A stretch of 64,000 nucleotides of DNA from an uncultured Bacteroidota bacterium (lineage in GTDB: Bacteria > Bacteroidota > Bacteroidia > Bacteroidales > SZUA-534), in assembly GCA_946414435.1 (NCBI GenBank), contig CAMKOM010000012.1, positions 2,980 to 66,979 on the forward strand. The letters run 5' to 3'. This document shows, piece after piece, positions 27,116-38,114 of the stretch. The position numbers and the translations under genes are program-made. The notes beneath the pieces were generated by a model that had not been told where the DNA came from, did not search any database, and saw only the letters and a program-made list of their open reading frames with translations. Every line of letters starts with the position of its first letter. The stretch's first letter is position 1.

Positions 27116-28459
27116 ATGGAGAATTTCATTTCCGACGTTTCAAGATTAGTTGGCCAATCGTGCCAAATCGACAAGGACCTGTTCGACAAGTACAACGTTA
27201 AGCGCGGTCTGCGCAATGCCGACGGTTCGGGCGTTCTGGTCGGGCTGACAAGCATCGGCGATGTGGTTGGCTACCGCCGCGAGGGCGACACGCTGATACC
27301 CACCGAAGGCGACCTGCGCTACCGCGGATTCCCAATCCGTGAGTTGGTGAAGGGCTTTCAGAAGGAGAACCGCCACGGCTTTGAGGAGACAACCTTCCTG
27401 CTGCTCACTGGCAAACTGCCCACATCGCTGCAATTGGCCGAAATGACAACCCATCTGGCAAGCAAGCGCGATTTGGACGACTCGTTTGTCAATATGATTC
27501 TCACCCTTCGCGGCCGCGACCTGATGAATATGCTGTCGCGTTCGGTACTGATTCTCTACACTTTGGACGATACGGCCGAAGACTATTCGCTGCCGTCGCT
27601 CGTCAAACAGTCGCTCAACCTGATTGCCAAACTGCCGATAATTGTGGCTTACTCGTATCAGGGAATGCGCCACTCGTTCTATCGCAAATCGCTGGTAATC
27701 AGACACCCACAGGCCAATCTGTCAGCAGCGGAGAACTTCCTGTATCTGCTCAAGGGCAACAAATACACGCCGCTCGAGGCCGAGATTCTCGACCTGATGA
27801 TGATTCTGCACGCAGAGCACGGCGGCGGCAACAACTCAACGTTCACAATGCGCCTTGTGTCGTCGGCAATGACCGACACCTATTCGGCCACAGCCGCAGC
27901 CATCGGCTCGCTGAAAGGCCGCTTGCACGGCGGCGCCAACCTTCAGGTTCTGGAGATGATGACCAACATCAAGAAGAACGTGAAGAACTGGAACGACAAG
28001 GAGGAGATTAAGTCGTACTTGATGAAGATTCTGCGCAAGGAGGCTTACGACCGTTCGGGCAAGATATACGGCATCGGACACGCCGTTTACACACTGTCGG
28101 ACCCGCGCGCCCAACTGCTGAAAACCAAAGCAATAGAACTTGCCAAGGCCAAAGGTCTGGAAGCCGAACTGCAACTCTATCTGAACATTGAGGAACTGGC
28201 GCCCAAAGCACTCGCCGAGTACAAGAACGGCAACGTGAAGCCCGTCTGCGCCAATGTCGATTTCTTCAGCGGCTTTGTGTATGAGGCCATCGAGATTCCG
28301 CACGAACTGTTCACGCCAATGTTCGCCATCGCACGTATGTCGGGCTGGGCTGCCCACCGCCTTGAGGAGATGACCTTCGCATCGCGCCGCATCATCCGCC
28401 CGGCTTACAAGAACATCCTGCAGAACGAGTACCATTATGTGCCGCTGCAGGACAGGTAA
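27116..28459 (+). CDS. gltA: citrate synthase
   Basis: 447 aa. Contains ILHAEHGGGNNSTF, GHAVY and DFFSG catalytic-region motifs. Confidence 0.93.
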   Translation: MENFISDVSRLVGQSCQIDKDLFDKYNVKRGLRNADGSGVLVGLTSIGDVVGYRREGDTLIPTEGDLRYRGFPIRELVKGFQKENRHGFEETTFLLLTGKLPTSLQLAEMTTHLASKRDLDDSFVNMILTLRGRDLMNMLSRSVLILYTLDDTAEDYSLPSLVKQSLNLIAKLPIIVAYSYQGMRHSFYRKSLVIRHPQANLSAAENFLYLLKGNKYTPLEAEILDLMMILHAEHGGGNNSTFTMRLVSSAMTDTYSATAAAIGSLKGRLHGGANLQVLEMMTNIKKNVKNWNDKEEIKSYLMKILRKEAYDRSGKIYGIGHAVYTLSDPRAQLLKTKAIELAKAKGLEAELQLYLNIEELAPKALAEYKNGNVKPVCANVDFFSGFVYEAIEIPHELFTPMFAIARMSGWAAHRLEEMTFASRRIIRPAYKNILQNEYHYVPLQDR

Positions 28460-28481
28460 AATGTTGATATAATAAACAAAA

Positions 28482-28520
28482 CAGCCGCAACAGGGAAACC
28501 TGTTGCGGCTGTTTTGTTTT
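28482..28520. terminator. bidirectional terminator between gltA and the convergent barrel gene
   Basis: CAGCCGCAACAGGgaaaCCTGTTGCGGCTG, a 13-bp perfect stem, followed by TTTTGTTTT. An A-rich run lies on the other side. Confidence 0.85.
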
Positions 28521-28533
28521 GATGCTTGTGCAT

Positions 28534-29112
28534 TTATTTTCGTTTGCCCCAATCGAGTGTGACACCAAATGCTATTGAGTTGTAATTTGTCAACGTCTTC
28601 TTATTGTCGCGACCGGTTATCTTCTTGTCCTGCAAAAGATTGTAGCCACACCAAAGACTGATGTGCGACAGGCGTACACCCACCGACGGCAGAACATAAA
28701 GACCACAGGCGTCACCCACGGAATAACCAAGTTTCAAATCGGCAAAGGGCGCTATGCGGCCCGAGGAAAACTCATAGTTGGCGTTGATGAAGAACGGCAT
28801 CACAAAATCCAATTCTTCGTCGTAGCTGTAGTAGTGATAATCACCGTTTTCATCGTAGTAGCCACTTTCGCTGTTAGTGTTGGTTACAAACTGCATCGAC
28901 GCACCAATGCCGACAAAAAGCTGGTCGGCCTGGAAACCGTGTACAGTGGTGACAGCAAAGCGGTCGAATGGCTGGTCACCAAGGCCGGTGAAAACATTCA
29001 GTCCGGCAAAACCGCGATAGCCATCGGCCGGCGCTGCCGAGAAACCTGATTCCTGAGCCGCAACCGTCATACACATTGCTGCTGCGGCAATTGTCATTAA
29101 AAACTTTTTCAT
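28534..29112 (-). CDS. small outer-membrane beta-barrel protein
   Basis: 192 aa. Signal peptide MKKFLMTIAAAAMCMTVAAQ, followed by alternating aromatic/Gly beta-strand patterns. Confidence 0.7.
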   Translation of the reverse strand: MKKFLMTIAAAAMCMTVAAQESGFSAAPADGYRGFAGLNVFTGLGDQPFDRFAVTTVHGFQADQLFVGIGASMQFVTNTNSESGYYDENGDYHYYSYDEELDFVMPFFINANYEFSSGRIAPFADLKLGYSVGDACGLYVLPSVGVRLSHISLWCGYNLLQDKKITGRDNKKTLTNYNSIAFGVTLDWGKRK

Positions 29113-29166
29113 AATCGTCTAAGTTTAGTTTTACATTAAATATTGGTAAGCGATTGTTTCGTATGC

Positions 29167-29174
29167 CAAATGTA
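29167..29174 (-). promoter_or_regulatory. -7 box for the small OM barrel gene
   Basis: Minus strand TACATTTG, 55 nt upstream of the ATG at 29112. Confidence 0.35.
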
Positions 29175-29324
29175 AGACAATTTTCGATGCCTTTACCCTA
29201 CCCGATGATTTGTGTTTTTTGGGGGAAATTGGCAATTTATAGTCCAAATTGGTGCAGATTTTTGGCGTTAACCAGTTCTTTCCGATTCTAACCGATTTTT
29301 ATCCATTGCGGCTTGAGCCGCTAC

Positions 29325-29358
29325 AAAAAAAATATCCCGCAGCAATGTGTGCCGCAGG
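29325..29358 (-). terminator. terminator after gyrB
   Basis: Minus strand CCUGCGGCacacauuGCUGCGGG (8 bp including 2 G-U pairs) followed by AUAUUUUUUUU. Confidence 0.6.
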
Positions 29359-29388
29359 ACATTTTCATATCAAGTAAACAAAGCCGTT

Positions 29389-31365
<1,977 letters not shown>

Positions 31366-31396
31366 TTAAAATTTTGTGTTTCAATTAATTAATTGG

Positions 31397-31404
31397 CAAA
31401 ATTA
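31397..31404 (-). promoter_or_regulatory. -7 box for gyrB
   Basis: Minus strand TAATTTTG, 35 nt upstream of the ATG at 31362. Confidence 0.45.
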
Positions 31405-31510
31405 CACCTTCGCCAAAACAAACAAATATACCAAAAACGGGGGTGCACAAAAGCTCGCGGCAAGTGCATTTTCCGCTATTTGTTAACACGAAATTGACAA
31501 TTTTTAAGGG

Positions 31511-31610
31511 ATAATCGGTGAATTGGTGAATCGGTGAATTGGTAAATCGTTTAATGTTTAACAGGTTATTACCAACCCTCAACACCTAACACCCAACCCC
31601 AAACACCTAA
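31511..31610 (-). repeat. mosaic intergenic element L6 (upstream of gyrB promoter)
   Basis: aatcggtgaattggtgaatcggtgaattggtaaatcg, tttaatgtttaac, caaccctcaacacctaacacccaaccccaaacacctaa. Confidence 0.8.
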
Positions 31611-31768
31611 TTCTCTCTATTCTTCAGCAATTTAGCCATTTTGGCAAGACGGTCGGCTGACGAGAAGATGCCCACTTCGGCAAGTTTGCGTCTGTGCTGC
31701 TCTTCGACAGCGGTTTCCGGCTGAATATCGGTTATGGCAACTCTCTTTTTAAATATCCGTAATTTCAT
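31607..31768 (-). CDS. hypothetical small protein (doubtful)
   Basis: ATG at 31768 gives MKLRIFKKRVAITDIQPETAVEEQHRRKLAEVGIFSSADRLAKMAKLLKNREN (53 aa). I recognise no family. The ORF is flanked by mosaic repeat modules, and its TAG stop lies inside one. Confidence 0.25.
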   Translation of the reverse strand: MKLRIFKKRVAITDIQPETAVEEQHRRKLAEVGIFSSADRLAKMAKLLKNREN

Positions 31769-31775
31769 AATTGAC

Positions 31776-31826
31776 AATCTGTTATTCAATCCTTCAATCC
31801 TTCACGCATTCAATCCTTCAATCAAA
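31776..31826. repeat. mosaic module L7 (attcaatccttcaatcc words), overlaps stop of the barrel gene
   Basis: ttattcaatccttcaatccttcacgcattcaatccttcaatc. The same word occurs at 8063-8085. Its orientation relative to transcription is the exception in the family. Confidence 0.6.
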
Positions 31827-33522
31827 ACGTGTACGTCAGTCCCAACATAAAATTGAACCGCTGATTGGCGTATTGGTTCCACTCGTAGTAGCGCTGTCCG
31901 GCAATGTTGTTCAGGTCGAGAAACGACGAGAAACGCTTTGTGATGCGGTATTCGAGCCCAAGATTGGCGTCAATCACGCCCTTCAGCTCTTTTGATTCGG
32001 GCAGGTTCTCGCCTTTGTCGTTGATGTGGTCGATGCGGGCGTAGCGCTTGCTGATGGCGTAAACGTTGACGCGCGCAATAATCTTATTCTCAAGATTATA
32101 GCTTGCGTCAAGGCTAACGGTGTAGGTCGGCAGATGCCAAGCCTCAATCTCGTGCGACATATCGTAAATGAAATAGTTGCCCTTCAGCCCCATCTTGAAT
32201 TTGTCGCTCATCTTGTATGAAATCTCGCCCAAAATGCGGGTGCGCATAATCTCGTCGTAGGCCACCGTAAATTTCTTGTGCAAATCGCTATTTATATCGT
32301 TTACAAACAGATACTGATTGTCGATTTTGGCGTATTCGGCGCGGACGTTGAAGGCAACCTTCGAGCTGACATTGCCGCGGAATCCGGCTGCAAGGTTCCA
32401 TCGCGTCTTGGTCGGGTTGATGTTCAGGTCGGAACGCACAAACGGGTTCTCGCCGTACATCTCGCGGTAGCTGTGCACATCGTAGTTGCCGTTCACCTCA
32501 ATGTACGGCAGCAGGAAGTAGTCGATGATGTTGTACTGCATACTGATGTCGGGGAAGAACCAAAACTTCGAGTTGCGCTGGTCGTAGAAGGTGCTCGCGC
32601 CCACCTTCACGCGCCATTTTCGGCCGTAGGCGCCAATCCACGGATTGAAGTTGACCACAGCCGCGCTGATGTCGCCTTTACCATTGATATTCAGGCCTTT
32701 GGTGCTGTAATTGTCAATCACCACATTCAGGCCCATAAACTCTTTGTCCAATATGTAGCTCAGGAATGCATCAACGTGCAGAATGTTGTCGCCCTTGCTG
32801 TCTTTGGTCTTTATTCCGCTGTAGTTCAGCGCAATGCGATAGTCCAACTTCGATGAATCGAGATTGGTGGTGCCGAATGACGCGCCAATCGAATAGTAGT
32901 TAAGCGATTGTTTTTCAATGTCTTTCTTCTTCAGTGGAAGCGAGTCGTCGGCAATTTTCAGGTTGGTGTCGTAACCATAATAATAATTGGCGCGATAGCC
33001 GTAACCGGCATCAATGCTGGCTGCAAGGTCTTTCTTGAAGATGCGTCGCACCTGCCCGCCCACATCGAAACGCGACAGACCGGCGTAAACGTGCTCGTCG
33101 GCTTCGTTCTTCACCTTGCCGTTGCTCGACAGATAGTTGGCGTTGGCATTCCAAATCCATTTTTCAGAGCGCTGGCTGCCCGTGTAGATGTTCAGCATTG
33201 GCGACGCGTACGACCCGAAACCGCCCTTCACATAGGCGTAATAGAGCTTGGGCAGCGGCTCTGCCACCAATTTGGCCGGCTTCAGCTGCTTCGGCTGATA
33301 TTTGGTTGGATACATCTCAAGCTCGCCCTCGTCGTACTCAAAAGTTGGCGTAACTTTGATTGTATCAACAATTTTCGGCAGCGAACTGATTTTGTATGCG
33401 TCGTTGATGACTGGCTCATACGATTTTATGACCTTCACCTCTTGATTCAGGTTGTTCTGCGCCATTACGGTGCACGAACCTAACATTGTCAGAATCAGGA
33501 TATTTCGTTTCAAACGTATCAT
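31822..33522 (-). CDS. outer-membrane beta-barrel protein (putative porin type)
   Basis: 566 aa. Signal peptide MIRLKRNILILTMLGSCTVMAQ, strand-like Y/G-rich repeats and a C-terminal LGLTYTF ending in an aromatic residue. It starts 14 nt downstream of the TPR gene. Confidence 0.75.
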   Translation of the reverse strand: MIRLKRNILILTMLGSCTVMAQNNLNQEVKVIKSYEPVINDAYKISSLPKIVDTIKVTPTFEYDEGELEMYPTKYQPKQLKPAKLVAEPLPKLYYAYVKGGFGSYASPMLNIYTGSQRSEKWIWNANANYLSSNGKVKNEADEHVYAGLSRFDVGGQVRRIFKKDLAASIDAGYGYRANYYYGYDTNLKIADDSLPLKKKDIEKQSLNYYSIGASFGTTNLDSSKLDYRIALNYSGIKTKDSKGDNILHVDAFLSYILDKEFMGLNVVIDNYSTKGLNINGKGDISAAVVNFNPWIGAYGRKWRVKVGASTFYDQRNSKFWFFPDISMQYNIIDYFLLPYIEVNGNYDVHSYREMYGENPFVRSDLNINPTKTRWNLAAGFRGNVSSKVAFNVRAEYAKIDNQYLFVNDINSDLHKKFTVAYDEIMRTRILGEISYKMSDKFKMGLKGNYFIYDMSHEIEAWHLPTYTVSLDASYNLENKIIARVNVYAISKRYARIDHINDKGENLPESKELKGVIDANLGLEYRITKRFSSFLDLNNIAGQRYYEWNQYANQRFNFMLGLTYTF

Positions 33523-33536
33523 ATCTGTATGTCGGT

Positions 33537-34110
33537 TTATTCTTGTTCTTGAATTGTGTTTTCTTCGGCCGGTGTTTCGGCATTCTCTTCTGAATCAGAA
33601 GGTTCAGCCGGTTCATCGGATGGTTCAGTAGCGGGTTCTTCAGCTGCAGGCTCTTCTGCCGGTTCGCTTACGGGCTCTGCGGCTTCAGGCTCTGCCTCGG
33701 TGGTTGACGCCGGTTCTTCAATCACAGCTTCCTCCACCTGCGGCGCACTCTCCTGCCCGTTTTGCGGCTCTGGCGCGTAGGTTGCGCCCGATTCTGTTGT
33801 TGGCGCTTCCGTCTGCTGCGGCTCTACGGCCTTGCTATTGTTATCGTTATTGTTTGTGTCTGGGTTTTCGTTTGAGTCTGTGTCTGTGTTTGTGTTTTCG
33901 TTTGAGTCTGCGTTTGTGTCTTCGTTATCGTTATAGTAATTGTTTTCGTTGTCGTTACCGCCGCTCATATCAATCGTTACTTCAACTTCCTGTTTCGAGT
34001 TGTCGTCAACAAACTTGGTGCTCTCCTCGTCCACAATCAGTTTCAGTTTGGCGTTGGCTTCAGCCACAATGCCATCGCTGTCGTCGCCGTAGTTGTCGAT
34101 AACGCTCTGC
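33537..34110 (-). repeat. low-complexity coding tail (D/N/T-rich then P/E/A-rich) of the TPR protein
   Basis: ...NYYNDNEDTNADSNENTNTDTDSNENPDTNNNDNN...EEPASTTEAEPEAAEPVSEPAEEPAAEEPATEPSDEPAEPSDSEE. At the DNA level gttttcgtttgagtctg occurs twice. Confidence 0.75.
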
Positions 34111-37043
34111 AGGTTGGCTTTGGCCTGGAAGCGGTCGTTGCGGCTCATACAGATGTCGGATAGCAGGAAGAACGATTTGGCAATCCAATAAATATGCGGC
34201 GTGCCTGAGCCGATAAGGTTGTTAATCTCATCTTCTGACTTCTGCAACTCGTTCTGTTCAAACAACATACGAGCAACCATATACTGTGCCTCGGCACCTT
34301 CGCGGCTGTTCATATCCTGCGCAAGAATGCGGAACTGTGTGATGGCCGGGTCCAATTGGTTTGTCTGATAGTAACTTACGGCCATAATGTGGCGTGCGGT
34401 GCGCACCTGCTCGTCCGAGACCTTGTCGGTTATAAGCAGCTTGCGTGCCGACTCAAGCGCGTTATTGAAGTTGCTGTCGGCAAAGGCCGTTTTCATCTGC
34501 CCCTCGCGCGCAATCATCAAGTTCGACTTCACTTCGGCATTGTCTTCCAACTGTTTATAAAGGTCGTATGCCTGCTTGTAATCCTTGTCGTTCTCGGCCA
34601 AGGTGGCTGACGAGAGCAGCGCCGCCTCGGTGAAGGTGTTTTTCTGTTTCCCGGCCACGGCAATAAAGTCGGCTTTGGCCTCGCTGTTCTTGTGCAGTTT
34701 CAGGTTGCAGTCGCCGCGATAGTAGGTGGCGTTGAGCGAGAAACGGCCGGCTGGGAACTTGTCCAAATAGCTGTCGAACAGGCCTGCGGCTTCAGTCCAA
34801 TTGCCTGACATATAGACTTTTTCGGCCGATGCGTAGGTAAGTGAGTCACGCTCGTTCTGGTCGATGTTGCCAAGGTTGCCCTTGCTCTGCACGTAGTCGA
34901 AATAGTCGTCAACCTTGTTCATATCCACATAGACGTTCTTCAAAGCGAACAGCGCCTCGTCGGCTTCCGATGAGCCCGGGTACTTCTCAATCACGTTTTT
35001 GAAGTTGTCGATTGCCAAATAGTTCTGACCATCAGCATAGTAAAGCAAGCCCGTTTGAAGCATTGATTTAACCACATAAGAGCTGTTCGGATAGGTCTTC
35101 GCCAACGAGCGGAAATCGCTGATTGCCAACTGTGTGGAATCGAGAATCGTATAGGCGCGGCCACGCTCGAAAAGTGCGTCGGCGGCGTATTTCGATTTCG
35201 GGTATCGCGCAAGCAAATCGCTCATTGCCAAAATCTTACCGTGAAGATTCTTGTCAAGTCCCATTGCAAAACCCTTCTGGAAAAGCGCGTATTCGGCATC
35301 GAACTTGTCAAGGTCGGCGGCCATTCCGTAGAACATCACGGCATCATTGAATTTCGACGTAACAAAGTAGCAGTCGCCAATGCGGATGTAGCTGTCGGCA
35401 AGCTTTGCGGTGTCGGCCTCGGCGGGTTTTTCAACGTATTTGCGGAACCAATCGGCCGACTTGGTGTACTCCTTGGTCTTGAAATAGCAGTAGCCGATGT
35501 TGTAGTAGCACGTTTTGTACTCGGGCATTGTGTAGGCGCCGGGCGTTGTGAGCAGCTGGTTGTAGGCGTCGGCGGCATCGTGGTAGCGCTCCTGGCGGTA
35601 GAGAGCCTCGGCCTTCCAATAGCTTGCCAAGGCGCGTATCTCCTTGTCGTACGCTTTAAGCGATATGGCCTGGTTGAACGCCTCCACCGACTCGTCGAAC
35701 TTCAGGTTGTTGAAGAGCTCAAGGCCGCGGAAATAGGCCACGCGCTGCCACGCCGACTGCATCTCAGCCGTCTTGTTCTCGATTTTGGCCAACGATTCGA
35801 GCGCCGCCTGATAGTTTTTCGACGACAGGTAGGCCTTCACCAAATAGCCGTAGGCCTCGTCGCGGTGAATCGATTTGGGGTATTTCTCCAAATACTTGTT
35901 AAAGGCGCGCACCGTCTCGTTAAACGGCGAGTACGACAGCTCGTACGACAGTTTGGCGTAGTTGAGCAGCGCCTGCTCCTGAATGCGAGCGTTGAAATCG
36001 TATTTTGCCGCAGCCTCAAAAGCCATTCGGGCCTGCTCCTTCTGCTCAATCTTCATATTCGCGTAAGCGATGTGGAAATAGGCGTTCTGCGTGAGCGCGT
36101 CGTCAAGGTTCGTCACGTTCGACATTGTGCTCACCGTTTTCTCAAACTCGCCGGTCTTGAAATATGCGTAGCCCAACTGGTAGATGTCCTCGCGGGTGTA
36201 GTTGCTGGCGTTGCTCTTGTAGGTTTCAAGATAAGGCACCGCCTCGGCGTAGAGCTCCTTGTTGTAGAGCGCTTCGCCCACTATGCGCGACATTTCGGCC
36301 TGACGCTTGGCGTCGCCCTGGTCGAGCAGCTCCTTGCCCAACTCAAGCACCTTGTCGTCTTTCCCCTGAAGGAAGTAAATCTGCACCCTGTAGTACGGCA
36401 CGATGGGCGCAAAAGCCGGGTCGTTCTCGATTTTGGCAAAATTGTTGAGCGCCGTCTCATAATTCTTATTGGTGTAGGCCAAATGCGCGTAGAAATAGAT
36501 GGCCGGCGCCGAATATTTGTTGTTCTTGTCAATCAGCTCGTAGAACATTTTCTGCGCCTTCTCGGTCTGCCCAAGCTTGAAGTAGCTGTAGCCCTTCTTG
36601 AAGTATAGTTCGGCCTGCTGGTCGCGGTTCAAGTGCTGCTTCCACACCTTGTCGAAGTACTCGATGGCCTCACGGTAGTGGTTCACGCGGTACTGGTAGC
36701 GGCCCATCTCGAAGTAAGCCGTGCGCGTGCGCGGACTCTCGGGATAGTCGTTGATGAACTTGCCAATGCGGTATTCAGCATCGTTGTTGAACAGTTCAAG
36801 GGCACAAAGCGCGGCGTAGTATTCGGCGTCGGCCTTGATGTCGGCAAACTCGTTGCCGTAGCGCGCCACAACCCGCTCAAAGAACTCCTGAGCCTGCGAA
36901 TAATGCTGCTTGCTGAACAAATCGACGCCTACGCGGTAATCGTAGTCATCGTCGTTATAGATTATCGATTTCTGTGCCGAAGCACTTAAAGCCGTTAGTG
37001 AGATAACAGCCGCCAAACATTTGGCTAATAATTTTCTACGCAT
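33537..37043 (-). CDS. giant secreted TPR-repeat protein with acidic low-complexity C-terminal tail
   Basis: The internal ATG at 37043 gives MRRKLLAKCLAAVISLTALSASAQ. About 950 aa of TPR-like helices follow, then a D/N/T-rich and a P/E/A-rich tail. Confidence 0.85.
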   Translation of the reverse strand: MRRKLLAKCLAAVISLTALSASAQKSIIYNDDDYDYRVGVDLFSKQHYSQAQEFFERVVARYGNEFADIKADAEYYAALCALELFNNDAEYRIGKFINDYPESPRTRTAYFEMGRYQYRVNHYREAIEYFDKVWKQHLNRDQQAELYFKKGYSYFKLGQTEKAQKMFYELIDKNNKYSAPAIYFYAHLAYTNKNYETALNNFAKIENDPAFAPIVPYYRVQIYFLQGKDDKVLELGKELLDQGDAKRQAEMSRIVGEALYNKELYAEAVPYLETYKSNASNYTREDIYQLGYAYFKTGEFEKTVSTMSNVTNLDDALTQNAYFHIAYANMKIEQKEQARMAFEAAAKYDFNARIQEQALLNYAKLSYELSYSPFNETVRAFNKYLEKYPKSIHRDEAYGYLVKAYLSSKNYQAALESLAKIENKTAEMQSAWQRVAYFRGLELFNNLKFDESVEAFNQAISLKAYDKEIRALASYWKAEALYRQERYHDAADAYNQLLTTPGAYTMPEYKTCYYNIGYCYFKTKEYTKSADWFRKYVEKPAEADTAKLADSYIRIGDCYFVTSKFNDAVMFYGMAADLDKFDAEYALFQKGFAMGLDKNLHGKILAMSDLLARYPKSKYAADALFERGRAYTILDSTQLAISDFRSLAKTYPNSSYVVKSMLQTGLLYYADGQNYLAIDNFKNVIEKYPGSSEADEALFALKNVYVDMNKVDDYFDYVQSKGNLGNIDQNERDSLTYASAEKVYMSGNWTEAAGLFDSYLDKFPAGRFSLNATYYRGDCNLKLHKNSEAKADFIAVAGKQKNTFTEAALLSSATLAENDKDYKQAYDLYKQLEDNAEVKSNLMIAREGQMKTAFADSNFNNALESARKLLITDKVSDEQVRTARHIMAVSYYQTNQLDPAITQFRILAQDMNSREGAEAQYMVARMLFEQNELQKSEDEINNLIGSGTPHIYWIAKSFFLLSDICMSRNDRFQAKANLQSVIDNYGDDSDGIVAEANAKLKLIVDEESTKFVDDNSKQEVEVTIDMSGGNDNENNYYNDNEDTNADSNENTNTDTDSNENPDTNNNDNNSKAVEPQQTEAPTTESGATYAPEPQNGQESAPQVEEAVIEEPASTTEAEPEAAEPVSEPAEEPAAEEPATEPSDEPAEPSDSEENAETPAEENTIQEQE

Positions 37044-37257
37044 AAAAGAATGAACTAAATGGGAACGCTCCCGCTCCCCGTTTCTATTCCAATTTTCGGC
37101 CGAATCGGTGCCGTTTTCCGCCCAAATCCGACTCTTTTTATCCGAAACAAATAAAATCGTTTTCAGCCACACGCAATTTGCGCGGCAAAGGTTTTAATTA
37201 ACAAGTGAGTGTTTATTAAATGCACCGCCCATTGCACCCTTTGAACACTCTAAATAA

Positions 37258-37265
37258 TACTTTTG
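37258..37265 (+). promoter_or_regulatory. -7 box for the ftsE-like gene
   Basis: TACTTTTG, 79 nt upstream of the ATG at 37344. Confidence 0.35.
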
Positions 37266-37343
37266 AATTTTGTATGGAAGGCACCGTTTGGGGTGCTGCA
37301 ATCGCATAATTCAATTTGGAAAATCAATAAAAACAGTGATACG

Positions 37344-38057
37344 ATGGACACAATGGACACCAAAATTCAACTGACCGACGCAACAATTGCGCAGCCTGAC
37401 AACGTGATTCTCACCAACATAAACCTGAAAATCGACAGCGGTGAGTTGGTTTATCTTATCGGGCGCACCGGCAGCGGCAAGAGCAGTCTGCTCAAAACGC
37501 TCTACGCCGACCTTCCGCTGGCAAAAGGCAGTGGCACGGTGGCGGGCTTCCAACTCGAAAGTCTGCGTCGCAAGCAAATCCCCTACCTGCGCCGCAAGTT
37601 GGGCATTGTGTTTCAGGACTTTCAACTGCTCATCGACCGCAATGTGCACGAGAATCTGCTTTTTGTGCTCAAGGCCACGGGCTGGAAGAACAAAATCGAG
37701 ATTGAGAACCGCATTCAGGACGTGCTGAACAAGGTTGGGCTGTCGCAGAAGGGCTACAAGATGCCCAACGAACTGTCGGGCGGCGAACAGCAGCGTGTGG
37801 TGATTGCGCGCGCTCTGCTCAACAACCCCGAAATCATTCTGGCCGACGAGCCCACTGGCAATCTCGACCCCGAAACGTCGCGCGGCATTCTGACGCTGCT
37901 CACCGAAATCAGCCACAACGGCCGCGCAGTGATCATCGCCACACACGACTACTCGCTGATTAAGGAATTCCCCGGCCGCATTATCAAATGCGACCACGAA
38001 TCGCTTGTGGAACTGAAAAACGACGATGTGTTTGATTTTAGCGATATCGACAAGTAA
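37344..38057 (+). CDS. ftsE: FtsE-like ABC transporter ATP-binding protein
   Basis: ATG at 37344. Walker A GRTGSGKSS, signature LSGGEQQR, Walker B ILADEPTGNLD. At about 237 aa it matches FtsE size. Confidence 0.85.
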   Translation: MDTMDTKIQLTDATIAQPDNVILTNINLKIDSGELVYLIGRTGSGKSSLLKTLYADLPLAKGSGTVAGFQLESLRRKQIPYLRRKLGIVFQDFQLLIDRNVHENLLFVLKATGWKNKIEIENRIQDVLNKVGLSQKGYKMPNELSGGEQQRVVIARALLNNPEIILADEPTGNLDPETSRGILTLLTEISHNGRAVIIATHDYSLIKEFPGRIIKCDHESLVELKNDDVFDFSDIDK

Positions 38058-38114
38058 CAGATTATCACGAAATCAAATCATACGCCTGATTGTTGCTCAT
38101 AAAAACAACTGATT

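Noticed and set aside
35241-36608. Long antisense ORFs. Examples: 455 aa at 35241..36608 opposite the TPR gene; 409 aa at 60560..61789 opposite menD; 337 aa at 58056..59069 opposite the CDF gene; 294 aa at 25661..26545 opposite icd; 297 aa at 52955..53848 and 291 aa at 50381..51256 opposite secA.
   Set aside because: Each lies entirely within a strongly supported gene on the other strand. Their translations are low-complexity (V/R/G/H/L-rich) with no recognisable motifs. These are typical shadow ORFs of GC-rich coding DNA.
33537-37043. The giant TPR protein could be the T9SS component PorW/SprE.
   Set aside because: There is no lipoprotein Cys after the signal peptide and I can see no diagnostic motif. 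The assignment would need a profile search that I cannot run.
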